Below, in pieces: positions 20,676 through 30,906 of a stretch of 64,000 nucleotides of DNA. A model generated the notes under the pieces. That model saw nothing but the letters and a program-made list of their open reading frames with translations. It was not told where the DNA came from and searched no databases. The position numbers and the translations under genes are program-made. The DNA comes from an uncultured Chloroflexia bacterium (GTDB lineage: Bacteria > Chloroflexota > Limnocylindria > Limnocylindrales > CSP1-4), in contig CAVVNQ010000008.1 of NCBI GenBank assembly GCA_963749705.1, positions 160,001 through 224,000 of the forward strand, written 5' to 3'. Numbering within the stretch: position 1 is the first letter of the stretch; each line of letters begins with the position of its first letter.

Positions 20676-22373
20676 TCAGCGAGCGACGGCGGCCTCGATG
20701 ATCGCGCCGGCTTCGTCCAGGATCCGCGCCAGGTGCGCCTCGCCGCGGAAGCTCTCCGCGTACAGCTTGGTCACGTTCTCGGTCCCCGACGGGCGGGCGG
20801 CGAACCAGCCCTCGGTGCTCACCACCTTGAGGCCGCCGATCGGAGCGTCATTGCCGGGGGCTCGGGTCAGCTTCGCCGTGATCGGATCGCCGGCGAGGGT
20901 GGTCGCCCGGACCGCATCCGGGGTCAGCCGCTCCAGTGCGGCCTTGAGCTCGGGGGTTGCCGGGGCGTCGATCCGGCGGTACGCGGGCGCACCGAACCGG
21001 GCCGTCAGCCCCGCGTAGACCTCGGCCGGGTTGCGGCCCAGCCGCGCCGTCAGCTCGGCCGCGAGCAGGCACGCGGTGATGCCGTCCTTGTCCGTCGTCC
21101 AGACGCTGCCGTCGAGGCGCAGGAAGGAGGCGCCGGCGCTCTCCTCGCCGCCGAACCCGATGGTTCCCTCGACCAGCCCGTCCACGAACCACTTGAAGCC
21201 CACCGGGACCTCGACCAGGCGGCGACCGAGGTCGGCCACCACCCGATCGATGATCGAGGACGAGACGAGGGTCTTGCCGACGGCGACGTCGGCGCCCCAT
21301 CGGCGATGGCCGCCGAACAGGTACGAGATCGCCGCCGCCAGGACGTGATTGGGGTTCATCAGCCCGCTCCCCGGGACGACGATCCCGTGGCGGTCGGCGT
21401 CGGTGTCGTTGCCCAGGGCGAGGTCGAACCGGTCGCGAAGCTCGACGAGGCGCGCCATCGCGAACGGCGAGGATGGGTCCATCCGGATCCGGCCGTCCCA
21501 GTCGAGGGTCATGAACCCGAACTGGGGATCGACGGCGTCGTTGGTCACGGTGAGGTCGAGCCCGTACCGCTCGCCGATCGCGCCCCAGTAGTCGACCGCC
21601 GCGCCGCCCAGCGGATCGACGCCCAGGTGCAGGCCGGAGGCGGCGATCGCGGCCATGTCCACCACGTGCTCGAGGTCCGCGACGTACGTGCCCAGGAAGT
21701 CGTGGGGCGTTGCCTGGGCGCGCGCGCGTTCGAACGGCACCCGCGGGATGCCGGCCAGCCCGTCCGAGCCGCGCGCCTCGAGGATCCGGTTCGCCTCGTC
21801 CTGGATCCACCGCGTCACGTCGGTGTCGGCCGGCCCGCCGTTCGGTGGGTTGTACTTGAACCCGCCGTCCTCGGGCGGGTTGTGCGACGGCGTGACCACG
21901 ATCCCGTCCGCGAGGCGACGCCGACCGCCGTTGCCTCGATCCGCGCGGCCGCGGTCGTTGTGCGCGGGGTCGCCGTCGCGGTTGGCGACCAGGATCGCGT
22001 GCGACACCGCTGGCGTGGGCGTATATCGATCCGCGCTGTCGACGCGGACGTCGACCTCGTGCGCGGCGAGCACCTCGAGCGCCGTGCGCCAGGCGGGCTC
22101 GGACAGCCCGTGCGTGTCGCGGCCGATGAACAGGGGGCCGGTGTAGCCCTGCGACGCCCGATAGCGGCAGATCGCCTCGGTCGTGGCCAGGATGTGGTCC
22201 TCGTTGAACGCCGCGTTGAAGGCCGAACCCCGGTGACCGGACGTCCCGAACGCGACCCGCTGGGCCGGGTCCGAGGGATCGGGGTGGACGTCCCGGTAGG
22301 CTGCCAGCAGGGCGTCGACGTCGACCAGGTCGGATGGACGGGCAGGCTGGCCGGCGCGCTCTTGCTGCGGCAT
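20676..22373 (-). CDS. pgm: Phosphoglucomutase (alpha-D-glucose-specific)
   Basis: 'FGTSGHRG', 'TPSHNPP', 'DTDADRH', 'GGEESAG', 'RPSGTE'. Confidence 0.96.
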   Translation of the reverse strand: MPQQERAGQPARPSDLVDVDALLAAYRDVHPDPSDPAQRVAFGTSGHRGSAFNAAFNEDHILATTEAICRYRASQGYTGPLFIGRDTHGLSEPAWRTALEVLAAHEVDVRVDSADRYTPTPAVSHAILVANRDGDPAHNDRGRADRGNGGRRRLADGIVVTPSHNPPEDGGFKYNPPNGGPADTDVTRWIQDEANRILEARGSDGLAGIPRVPFERARAQATPHDFLGTYVADLEHVVDMAAIAASGLHLGVDPLGGAAVDYWGAIGERYGLDLTVTNDAVDPQFGFMTLDWDGRIRMDPSSPFAMARLVELRDRFDLALGNDTDADRHGIVVPGSGLMNPNHVLAAAISYLFGGHRRWGADVAVGKTLVSSSIIDRVVADLGRRLVEVPVGFKWFVDGLVEGTIGFGGEESAGASFLRLDGSVWTTDKDGITACLLAAELTARLGRNPAEVYAGLTARFGAPAYRRIDAPATPELKAALERLTPDAVRATTLAGDPITAKLTRAPGNDAPIGGLKVVSTEGWFAARPSGTENVTKLYAESFRGEAHLARILDEAGAIIEAAVAR

Positions 22374-22507
22374 GCGGACCTCGATGTGGGGCGGGACGGC
22401 CCCACGATACCGCTGCGGCCGAGCGTCCGCGCCTCACTGGCTGTCCGACGGCGAGCCGCGCGAACGTCGGCGCGCCCGCCGGGCGGACGTCGACGCGCGC
22501 CGGCACC

Positions 22508-22790
22508 GAGCGTGGTCTGGCAGGCCACGTAACCGGGCTGGCCGGGGCCGGCACGCGCCCGCCGAGCGAGAGCGTGGCGCGGCAGGCCACGTAACCGGGC
22601 TGGCCGGGGCCGGCGCGAGTCCGCAGGGCGAGATCGTTGCCTGGCGGGCCACGAAACCGCGGTTGACCGGGGCGGGCCGGGGCTGGCGCGCGCCCGCCGA
22701 GCGAGATCGTGGCGCGGCAGGCCACGAAACCGGGCTTACCCGTGCTGACGCGTGCTCACACGGCGAGATCGTGGCCGCATAGGCCACGCC
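22508..22790. repeat. Five-copy degenerate 62-bp tandem array with palindromic core CGTGGC-N7-GCCACG
   Basis: Unit starts 22508, 22570, 22632, 22705, 22767 (spacing 62, 62, 73, 62); intergenic. Confidence 0.85.
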
Positions 22791-22842
22791 GGATCGGGCC
22801 GCGCGCGACCGCGGATCTACGATCGGCGATCCGCGACGCGGC

Positions 22843-23616
22843 TCAGATCCGCGACGCGCCCACCAGCTCCGGCTGCGCCTCGGCGATTGCCGCAACCAGC
22901 GGTGCCATCAGCGGTGCCACCGGCGTCGGCCCCTGCACGATCCCGTCGCGCATCCGGATCACGCGGTCGCAGGCCTCGGCCACCTCCGGATCGTGGGTCA
23001 CCAGGATGAAGGTCTGGCCCTGCTCGCGGTTGAACCGGCGCAGGATCCGGAGCACCTCCACCGAGCGCTCGGTGTCGAGGTTTCCGGTGGGCTCGTCGGC
23101 GAGCACCAGGCCGGGCCGGTTGACGAGCGCCCGGGCCAGGGCTACGCGCTGCTGCTCGCCGCCCGACAGCTCGGCGGGCCGGTGGCCCTGGCGATCGGCG
23201 AGCCCGACCAGCGTCAGCGCGTCCATCGATGCGGTCCTGGCCGCGGCTCCCCGGACCCCGGCGTAGTCGCACGCGAGGGCCACGTTCTCGAGCGCGGTCA
23301 TCGTCGGCACGAGGTTGAAGTCCTGGAACACGAAGCCCATCGCCTGGGCTCGGATGCGCGTTCGCTCACGCTCGCCGAGGTCGATCACGTCCCGCCCGTC
23401 GAACCGCAACCGGGGCTTGGCCTCGGCATCGAGGTCGGGCGCGTGGAGCAGCCCCAGGATGTGCATCAGCGTGCTCTTGCCCGAGCCGGACGGCCCGATG
23501 ATCGCGACCATCTCGCCGCGCTCGATCGATACGTCCACCCCGCGCAGCGCTTCCACGAAGTTGCGCCGGCCGAGCCGGTACGTCTTGCGGAGGTTGGAGC
23601 CTTCGAGGAATGCCAT
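22843..23616 (-). CDS. ABC transporter ATP-binding protein (LolD type)
   Basis: GPSGSGKST, LSGGEQQRV, LADEPTGNLD, VTHD. Confidence 0.92.
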   Translation of the reverse strand: MAFLEGSNLRKTYRLGRRNFVEALRGVDVSIERGEMVAIIGPSGSGKSTLMHILGLLHAPDLDAEAKPRLRFDGRDVIDLGERERTRIRAQAMGFVFQDFNLVPTMTALENVALACDYAGVRGAAARTASMDALTLVGLADRQGHRPAELSGGEQQRVALARALVNRPGLVLADEPTGNLDTERSVEVLRILRRFNREQGQTFILVTHDPEVAEACDRVIRMRDGIVQGPTPVAPLMAPLVAAIAEAQPELVGASRI

Positions 23617-23647
23617 CAGTCGATCCCCTCGTCGCGTCGCTGCGCGG

Positions 23648-24820
23648 TCATTCGTATCGGAGGGCGGTGACGGGGTCGAGCCGGGCCGCGTGCACCGCGG
23701 GAACCAGCCCGGCCACGGCGCCGAGGATGGTCGAGAACAGGACCGCGCCGATCGCGGTGCCGGTGGTGAGCTGGAACAGGACGGTCCCGGAGGAGCGACC
23801 CGACTCGTTGGCAACCACCACGACCAGGGCGCCCAGCCCGAGGCCGATCGCCCCGCCGATGAAGCCGATCAGGCCCGCCTCGAACACGAGCTCGCGGACG
23901 ATCCGGATCCGGCTGCCGCCGATCGCGCGCTTGATCCCGATCTCGCGCGTGCGCTCCGCGATCGACATCGCCATCGTGTTCACGACGGACAGGCCGCCGA
24001 CGACCAGGCTGATCAGCGCGATCCCGACCAGGATCGAGTTGAGGATCGAGGTCGCGGACCCGATCTGCTGGTCGAAGTCCTTGCCGGTCATGGCTGCGAC
24101 GCCCGGCACCTGGGCCTCGATCCGGTCGGCGAGGACCTCAATGTCCACGCCCGGCTCGGGATACACCGTCATGGTGGTCGCCAGCCGGTATGGGTCTAGC
24201 GGGCCCTGCACCACGGGCGGCAGCGACCGGTACAGCAGCAGCTGCGCGGCACGGAGCGGGACGGAGGCCGCCTGGTCCGGTGCGGTCAGGGTGGGTTCCA
24301 TGATGCCGACGACCGTGAACGTCGAGCCACGCAGGTCGATCGTGTCCCCCACGTGCTTGTCGTACTTGCGGGCGATGTCCGACCCGAGGACCGTGACCAG
24401 CGCGCTGGCGTCATCGGCCGTGAGGGCGCGCCCTTCCGCGTAGTGGATCTCGAACGTGTCCATGCCCTTGTCGGAGCCGAACTCGGCACCGTCGATCATC
24501 GGCGGGACGCCCATCGTGATCGCGCTCTGATCGCCCATCAGCACCATGACCGCGGGCTGGACGGCGGCGACGCCATCGATCTTTCGCACGTCGTCGGCTT
24601 TCGAGATCGCCATCGGCACCGCCGAGAAGCCGCCCATCGATCCGGCGCTGTCGCTCAGCGAGATCTTGTCCGCGTAGTAGCTGCTGCCGCCCTCGACCAG
24701 GGCGCTGATCTTGTTGGCCATCGAGCCGAACACGACCAGCGCCCAGATGCCGATCGTGATGCCCAGGATGGTCAGGGCCGTCCGCACCGGACGACGCCCA
24801 AGGTCCCGTACGTGACTCAT
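23648..24820 (-). CDS. ABC transporter permease (MacB/FtsX type)
   Basis: 'RTALTILGITIGI', 'ERTREIGIKRAIG', 'AARLDPVTALRYE'. Confidence 0.92.
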   Translation of the reverse strand: MSHVRDLGRRPVRTALTILGITIGIWALVVFGSMANKISALVEGGSSYYADKISLSDSAGSMGGFSAVPMAISKADDVRKIDGVAAVQPAVMVLMGDQSAITMGVPPMIDGAEFGSDKGMDTFEIHYAEGRALTADDASALVTVLGSDIARKYDKHVGDTIDLRGSTFTVVGIMEPTLTAPDQAASVPLRAAQLLLYRSLPPVVQGPLDPYRLATTMTVYPEPGVDIEVLADRIEAQVPGVAAMTGKDFDQQIGSATSILNSILVGIALISLVVGGLSVVNTMAMSIAERTREIGIKRAIGGSRIRIVRELVFEAGLIGFIGGAIGLGLGALVVVVANESGRSSGTVLFQLTTGTAIGAVLFSTILGAVAGLVPAVHAARLDPVTALRYE

Positions 24821-25169
24821 CGTGACTCCGCCTGCCGCTCGCGCGGACGCTGTCCGGGAACAGGGTCCCTCCCGCCGGGCGGGCTGGGGGAGCGCGTACC
24901 GATCCGGCGCCGAAATGCTAGGAATGGGCGCCATCCCCGAGGAAGGGCCGATCCGCCCATCCACGGGATCCGTGATTCCCGGCGATGGGCCCGCGACCCC
25001 GCAACTCCGGCGATGACGTTGCGTCCGGGGGTGTCGGGCTCGTAGGATGGACGGCAACCCGAGCCAGCACCTCGTACGGGGCTCGTTCGAGTCCGCCGAA
25101 CGGCGCGTCCGTAGCGGCGGCCGAATGCATGAGCCCGCGATGACCTCAGGCCGGGTCGGAGGTACGCAC

Positions 25170-26261
25170 ATGGCGACTGTGACGTTCGATCACGTCTACA
25201 AGCGATACGGTGAGGTCACCGCCGTGTCGGACCTCAACCTCGAGATCGGCGACGGCGAGTTCATGGTGCTCGTCGGCCCGTCGGGCTGCGGCAAGACCAC
25301 GAGCCTGCGGATGATCGCCGGGCTCGAGGAGATCAGCGACGGCGATCTCAAGATCGGCGAGCGCGTCGTCAACGACGTCGCACCCAAGGATCGCGACATC
25401 GCGATGGTGTTCCAGAGCTACGCGCTGTACCCGCACATGTCGGTCCGCGACAACCTCGCGTTCGGCCTCAAGCTGCGCAAGGTCGCCAAGACCGACATCG
25501 ACAAGCGGATCAACGACGCGGCCGGGATCCTCCAGCTCGAGAAGCTGCTGGACCGCAAGCCCAAGGAGCTGTCCGGTGGCCAGCGCCAGCGCGTCGCGCT
25601 CGGCCGGGCGATCGTCCGCGAGCCCGCCGTGTTCCTGATGGACGAGCCGCTGTCCAACCTGGACGCCAAGCTCCGCGTCCAGACACGTGCCGAGATCGCG
25701 CGACTCCACCAGCGCCTGGGCACCACGATGGTCTACGTCACCCACGACCAGGTCGAGGCGATGACGATGGGCCAGCGGATCGCGGTCATGAGCGACGGCC
25801 TGCTCCAGCAGGTCGGCACGCCGCAGTCGCTGTACGACCATCCGAAGAACCGCTTCGTGGCGGGCTTCATCGGCAGCCCGTCGATGAACTTCATCGAGGT
25901 CAACGTCCCGGGCGGCGGCACCACCGACCTGTCCGAGGGCGGCTTCCACTTCCCGCTCCCGCCGACCTACCGCGAGGCGCTCCAGAGCGCCGGATCGAAG
26001 GTCATCGCCGGGTTCCGGCCGGAGCACCTCCAGCTGGGCGAGGCCACCGGCACCAGCGCCACGATCCAGGGCAAGGCGGACGTCGTCGAGTACCTCGGCA
26101 ACGAGGAGCTGCTCCACGTGACATCCGACAACCGGGAGCTGGTGGCGATCGTCGACTCCTCGCACAACGTCCGCCCGGGCGACATCCTCACGCTCCATCT
26201 TCCGGTCGAGAAGCTCCACCTGTTCAACGCCGACACCGGGGCCTCGCTCGTACGCAACTGA
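25170..26261 (+). CDS. Sugar ABC transporter ATP-binding protein (MalK/MsmX/UgpC family)
   Basis: GPSGCGKTT, 'MVFQSYALYPHM', LSGGQRQRV, 'DEPLSNLDAKLR', 'FVAGFIGSP', C-terminal TOBE; GGAGG RBS. Confidence 0.95.
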   Translation: MATVTFDHVYKRYGEVTAVSDLNLEIGDGEFMVLVGPSGCGKTTSLRMIAGLEEISDGDLKIGERVVNDVAPKDRDIAMVFQSYALYPHMSVRDNLAFGLKLRKVAKTDIDKRINDAAGILQLEKLLDRKPKELSGGQRQRVALGRAIVREPAVFLMDEPLSNLDAKLRVQTRAEIARLHQRLGTTMVYVTHDQVEAMTMGQRIAVMSDGLLQQVGTPQSLYDHPKNRFVAGFIGSPSMNFIEVNVPGGGTTDLSEGGFHFPLPPTYREALQSAGSKVIAGFRPEHLQLGEATGTSATIQGKADVVEYLGNEELLHVTSDNRELVAIVDSSHNVRPGDILTLHLPVEKLHLFNADTGASLVRN

Positions 26262-26347
26262 GCGACCGCAACGGCGGCAGCCCACGTCAATCGATCCGGC
26301 CGGTCCGTCCTCGCGACGGGCCGGCCGTGTTCATGCACGGAACCTCC

Positions 26348-26962
26348 ATGACCGATCCCGCAACCCACCCCCACAACGCGCCGTTCGGCGACGATCCGCT
26401 CGAGGAGCACGTCGTCGCCTCGCGCCTCATCCACCGCGGCCGGTACATGGAGTTCCGGGTCGACACCATCGAGCGGGCCGACGGGTCCACCGGGACGCGC
26501 GACGTGGTCGGTCACCCGGGCGCCGTCGCGATCCTCGCGATCGACGACGACGGCCGGCTGCTGCTGGTCCGGCAGTGGCGGATCCCCGCCCGCAGCGCGC
26601 TGCTCGAGATCCCCGCCGGCACGCTGGACGTCCACGACGGTGCGACCGAGGATCCGGATCTCGCCGCGAAGCGCGAGCTCGAGGAGGAGACCGGCCACCG
26701 CGCCACGACGTGGCGGAAGCTGGCGACGTTCTGGACCGCGCCAGGGTTCACGTCGGAGCTGATGCACCTGTACCTGGCGACGGGGATCACCGGCGCCCAG
26801 GGTGACGACCGGCTCACGCCGGACGAGGACGAACGCCTGGAGCTTCGGCACGTCGGGGCGGACGAGGCATTCGGCATGGTCGAGCGAGGCGAGATCCGCG
26901 ACGCGAAGACGATCCTCGGGATCCTGTGGCTCAGCCGGCTCCGCACGACGGGCGGTTGGTGA
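26348..26962 (+). CDS. nudF: NUDIX hydrolase, ADP-ribose pyrophosphatase-like
   Basis: 'HPGAVAI', 'EIPAGTLD', Nudix box 'AKRELEEETG', 'DAKT'. Confidence 0.85.
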   Translation: MTDPATHPHNAPFGDDPLEEHVVASRLIHRGRYMEFRVDTIERADGSTGTRDVVGHPGAVAILAIDDDGRLLLVRQWRIPARSALLEIPAGTLDVHDGATEDPDLAAKRELEEETGHRATTWRKLATFWTAPGFTSELMHLYLATGITGAQGDDRLTPDEDERLELRHVGADEAFGMVERGEIRDAKTILGILWLSRLRTTGGW

Positions 26963-27029
26963 GCCGCGCGGCGGGGAGGTCGCGGGCGCCGGTCATGAGC
27001 GGCGGCGGGCCGGTCGGAAGCCGCCGGTC

Positions 27030-27485
27030 CTAGTCGGTCGTCCGATCCCCGTCGGCGGGTGCGGGGAGCCGCGCCAGCGCACCCCGGTACAGCGCCGATG
27101 AGGGTGCCAGCGCGACGGCGAGGCGCAGGTGCGTCCGGGCCTCGCGCAGGCGACCGAGCCGCTTGAGGCTCTGCCCCAGCGCGTAGTGCCCGTAGTGGGA
27201 CGACGGATCGACCTCGAGCAGCGCGAGGAATGTCTCCCGCGACTGGTCGTGCTGGGCCGAGTTGAAGTAGGCGCGACCGAGCGCCTCGAGGATCGATCCC
27301 TTGCCGGGCTCGAGCCGGCGCGCGCGCTCGAGCACGACGGCGGCCTGCGCGAAGTGACGCCGGCGCAGCAGGTCATGGCCGCGCAGGAGCAGCCCGTACG
27401 CGCTGTCCCGATCGTCGGCGGGGGCGGATGGATGCCCGCCGCCGTCGTCGTCCGGGGGCGGGGCGGGGTCGAGGCGCTCGTTCAC
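27030..27485 (-). CDS. Tetratricopeptide repeat protein
   Basis: TPR-like helices 'EALGRAYF', 'YALGQSL'. Confidence 0.8.
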   Translation of the reverse strand: MNERLDPAPPPDDDGGGHPSAPADDRDSAYGLLLRGHDLLRRRHFAQAAVVLERARRLEPGKGSILEALGRAYFNSAQHDQSRETFLALLEVDPSSHYGHYALGQSLKRLGRLREARTHLRLAVALAPSSALYRGALARLPAPADGDRTTD

Positions 27486-27614
27486 ACGACGATGCTGCCA
27501 CGGGTCGCGGTTGCGCGTGTCGGGAGCCCCGGGTGGCGCCGGACGCCGGCCTGACGACGAGTCGGACGACGAGACCACGCCGACGACGATCGCCGGCGTC
27601 AGCCCGCTCGCGAC

Positions 27615-28643
27615 CTAGCTGCCGCCGTCCCGCCAGGTGGCCAGGTCGAGCGGTCGCAGACGCGGGCTCTCGGTACGGCCCGGGATGCGCCCGCGCTTGG
27701 CGATCGGGGCGCCGTCAATCTCTTTGATGTCGCCCGTGAAGTCGATCGGGGTGGCACCCGAGATGAAGCTGCCGACGGCGAACGAGTCGACCGGGGCCTG
27801 CATCTCGCGGAAGTACCGGATCCGGTCCGGGTTGAGCCCGCCCGAGACCGTGATCGTCACGTGCTCGAAGCCCGCCTGGTCGAGTCGCGCCCGGATCTCG
27901 GTCACCAGGTCCGCGGTGACGCGACCGCGCTCCGACGGCGTGTCCAGCCGGATCCCGTACAGGCGATCGCCGAGCGCGCGCGCCACGCGCAGCGCCTCCT
28001 CGGCCTCGTCCTTGAACGTGTCCACGAGCACGATCCGGGGCACCTCGGGCGGCATGTCCCGATCGAACGCCTCGGCGGCCCGGACCGTGTCGCCAAAGAT
28101 CAGCACCAGCGAATGGGGCATCGTGCCGGTCGGATTGAGGCCGGCCAGGTTCGCTCCCGCCGGCGTCGAGGCACCGACGCAGCCGCCCACGATCGCCGCG
28201 TAGTCGAGCACGTCCGTGATGTCCGGGTGCACATGGCGCGCGCCGAAGCTGATGACCGGCTGCGGCGCGGCGGCCTCCACGCAGGCGCGCGCGGCGGTGG
28301 CCCAGCCGGTCGACTGGGACAGCATCCCGAGCATCGCCGTCTCGTACAGGGCAAATGCGCGGTAGCGCGCACGGATGCGCAGCACGATCTCCTTGGGCGC
28401 CACGCGGTCCCCGTCGTCGAGCGCCTCGACCACGGCGCCGGGCTCCTCGGCCAGCACGTGCCCGATCAGGTTCTTGGCCTCGCCCATGCCGCACAGGACG
28501 GCGTCCGAGCGACAGAACACCTCCATCGTCACGACGGGGTCCAGCCCCTCCTGGTCGAGGATGCTGCTGGCGCGCGCGAAGTAGACGTCGGCGGTCGCAC
28601 CCGAGAGGATCTCGTGCGACGGCTGGATGCGCTGGAGGCCCAT
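27615..28643 (-). CDS. pncB: Nicotinate phosphoribosyltransferase (short type)
   Basis: 'DVYF', 'YETAMLG', 'SFGARH', 'GTMPHS', 'LVDTF', 'IRLDTP', 'SGGL', 'KRG'. Confidence 0.88.
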   Translation of the reverse strand: MGLQRIQPSHEILSGATADVYFARASSILDQEGLDPVVTMEVFCRSDAVLCGMGEAKNLIGHVLAEEPGAVVEALDDGDRVAPKEIVLRIRARYRAFALYETAMLGMLSQSTGWATAARACVEAAAPQPVISFGARHVHPDITDVLDYAAIVGGCVGASTPAGANLAGLNPTGTMPHSLVLIFGDTVRAAEAFDRDMPPEVPRIVLVDTFKDEAEEALRVARALGDRLYGIRLDTPSERGRVTADLVTEIRARLDQAGFEHVTITVSGGLNPDRIRYFREMQAPVDSFAVGSFISGATPIDFTGDIKEIDGAPIAKRGRIPGRTESPRLRPLDLATWRDGGS

Positions 28644-28677
28644 CAGGCGCTCGCGCGATCCGCTGCCGTGGGCTCGG

Positions 28678-30906
28678 TCACGAGGGGCCAGCTCCTTCTT
28701 CGACGTTCGGTCCGGCTGCAGGGTCGCCGTCCGGGGGCGCGCTGGGCGGGAGTGTAGCGTACCGATCCGGCCACGCCGGCGATGCCGGCGACGCCGGGGT
28801 GCCCGCTGCCTGCGGATCCGCCGCGCGGACGTCCGCTGCCGCTGCGCCGGGTGCCCCCACGACCATCGAGGCCCCGGCAGCGGCCTCCGCGCGGCGTCGG
28901 CGGACACGACGGCGGCGGACCAGGAGCAGGAGCACGAGCAGCACGGCACCGATGCCCAGGCCGATCTCGATCGCCCGGGTTCGGCCGAGCTCGGGAGCCG
29001 CGGCGAGCACCGACGCGACCAGGGCCGCTCGCGAGGCCGCGGTGCCGAGGTCGCCGGCCGTCCATGCTCCGCGCGCCGCGGCCAGGTCTGCGTCCGGGTC
29101 ATGCCCGTCGAGCCCGAGCGTCACCAGCCAGTCGCGCGGCGCTGCCGCCGCGAGATCGGCCGTCGCGACCGCCTCGAGCGCGGTCTCCGTCTCCTCGGCC
29201 AGGGCGGTCGCCGAGGCCAGCGCGGTCGCGTCACGCGCGTGCTCGAAGGCCGTCTCGAGATCGCCGGATGGCGTGAGCCCTTCGCGGGCGGCGAGGGTCG
29301 CCGTCTCGTCGCGGAGGTCGACGATCCGTGCAGCCGTCGCGATCCGGTCGTCGGCGTCGGTGAACTGCCAGGCGTCGAGCGGCTGGCGGACCGCATATGG
29401 CGTGGCCCAGCCAGCCTCGGCCGTCAGCAGCGCGTGGTACGCGTCGCGGGCCGTCGCTCGCGCCCGCAGCACGTCCGACGAGCCCGGCGGCAACGCCCAT
29501 GTCTCCATCAGGCCGGCGACCCCGGTCGCACCGCCCAGCTCCTCGGTGAGGTCGAGGAACCGCCGCCAGTCGTTGGGCAGGGCGGCCGGCTCGGGCGGTC
29601 CGTCCCCGACGTACGCGGTGGTCCGGGCCTGCGCCGCGGCGAACACGAGGCGCATCCCCGCCTCGCCCGCCGAGGTCACGATGTCGCTCATCACGAGCCA
29701 CGACGCGTCGTAGCCGTACTGCTCCGCGGCGGCGCTCTTGTCGTCCTGGATGGGGGCCGGTGGCGGCCAGCTGTTGAGCGGGAACGCAGCGGCATCGGTG
29801 CGGGCCACGTCGCCATGGCCCTGCGGGTCCCGGCCCAGCGCGACCAGCACGCGCAGGGCGTACTCGTCAGCGAGGCCCTCGGTGATCCAGCGCTCGACGA
29901 ACAGGGAGCTCGTGAACCAGGCGTGCGATGCCTCGTGGATGATGGTCAGGTCGTCGAGGTCCTCGCTGATCGTGATCTGGTCCTCGGCCGTGTCGTAGAA
30001 CCCCGCGTATCCCTCGAGCAGCGGCGTGTGCACCTCGATCACGGACAGGGGGCCCTGCACGGGCCACGGAAGCCCGATCCGGGACACCAGCTGCGGCACG
30101 CCGCGCGTCAGCAGGTCCGCGACCCGGCTGCGCCACGCAGAATCCTCGGGCCAGCCCCGGACGATGATCTCCTCGCCGCCCTGGATGTCCAGCCGGTCGC
30201 TCGTGAGCCCGGCATCGTTGCTGGCGTTGACCCATGCGTACCACGTGAGCGGGTCGGTGGTGCTCGCGGTGAGCACCGTGGTGGTGCCGTCGAAGGTGCG
30301 CTGGAAGGTCTCGCCCGAGACGTCCACGGTGAAGGCGCCGGGAACCTCGATTCGGACCGAGCCGCTGTCGCCGAACGCCCAGGCAAGGAACGTCGCAAAC
30401 GCCTTGCCGACCCGGACGTCGCTGGCGGACCTCGGCCTGCCCGCCGGCAGGTCGAACGTCAGCCGGACGCTGGTCGACTCCCGGTAGTACAGGTTGGCGC
30501 GGAACAGGACCGTGGCGAGGCGATAGCCGGTCTTGCGCACGGACGACACGGGGACCGTGACGCCGTCCTGGGTGGCAGCCAGGTGGGTCGCCTCCGGCTG
30601 GACGCCGAGATTGACCCCGTCATACCAGTAGCGCGTGACGAGGCCGCCGCTGACCTGGTCCGGCGTCATGTTCCGGATCGTTGCGTCGACCGTGACCTGC
30701 ACGACCGATCGCTCGGGGACGACGACGTAGCGCGCGGCGGTCGTGACGACGAGCCCGTCCGCCGCCCGGACGGATGGGGCGGCGAATGGGCCCAGGAAGG
30801 GTGCGACCGTCGGCGCGGCGGGCGGGACGATCGCTGCGGCAAACGCGAGCAGGAGCGCCAGCGGAAGCGCGATCGCCGCCCCGGGGCGAACCCGACGGCG
30901 ACGCAT
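28678..30906 (-). CDS. Membrane-anchored gluzincin (MA/M1-like) metallopeptidase, paralog 2
   Basis: Signal peptide; 'GYAGFY'; HEASH...WITEG (HExxH plus E); C-terminal TM followed by an Arg cluster. Confidence 0.78.
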   Translation of the reverse strand: MRRRRVRPGAAIALPLALLLAFAAAIVPPAAPTVAPFLGPFAAPSVRAADGLVVTTAARYVVVPERSVVQVTVDATIRNMTPDQVSGGLVTRYWYDGVNLGVQPEATHLAATQDGVTVPVSSVRKTGYRLATVLFRANLYYRESTSVRLTFDLPAGRPRSASDVRVGKAFATFLAWAFGDSGSVRIEVPGAFTVDVSGETFQRTFDGTTTVLTASTTDPLTWYAWVNASNDAGLTSDRLDIQGGEEIIVRGWPEDSAWRSRVADLLTRGVPQLVSRIGLPWPVQGPLSVIEVHTPLLEGYAGFYDTAEDQITISEDLDDLTIIHEASHAWFTSSLFVERWITEGLADEYALRVLVALGRDPQGHGDVARTDAAAFPLNSWPPPAPIQDDKSAAAEQYGYDASWLVMSDIVTSAGEAGMRLVFAAAQARTTAYVGDGPPEPAALPNDWRRFLDLTEELGGATGVAGLMETWALPPGSSDVLRARATARDAYHALLTAEAGWATPYAVRQPLDAWQFTDADDRIATAARIVDLRDETATLAAREGLTPSGDLETAFEHARDATALASATALAEETETALEAVATADLAAAAPRDWLVTLGLDGHDPDADLAAARGAWTAGDLGTAASRAALVASVLAAAPELGRTRAIEIGLGIGAVLLVLLLLVRRRRVRRRRAEAAAGASMVVGAPGAAAADVRAADPQAAGTPASPASPAWPDRYATLPPSAPPDGDPAAGPNVEEGAGPS

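Noticed and set aside
22508-22790. CRISPR array
   Set aside because: Repeats are degenerate, the linkers resemble each other rather than being unique spacers, and there is no leader or cas gene
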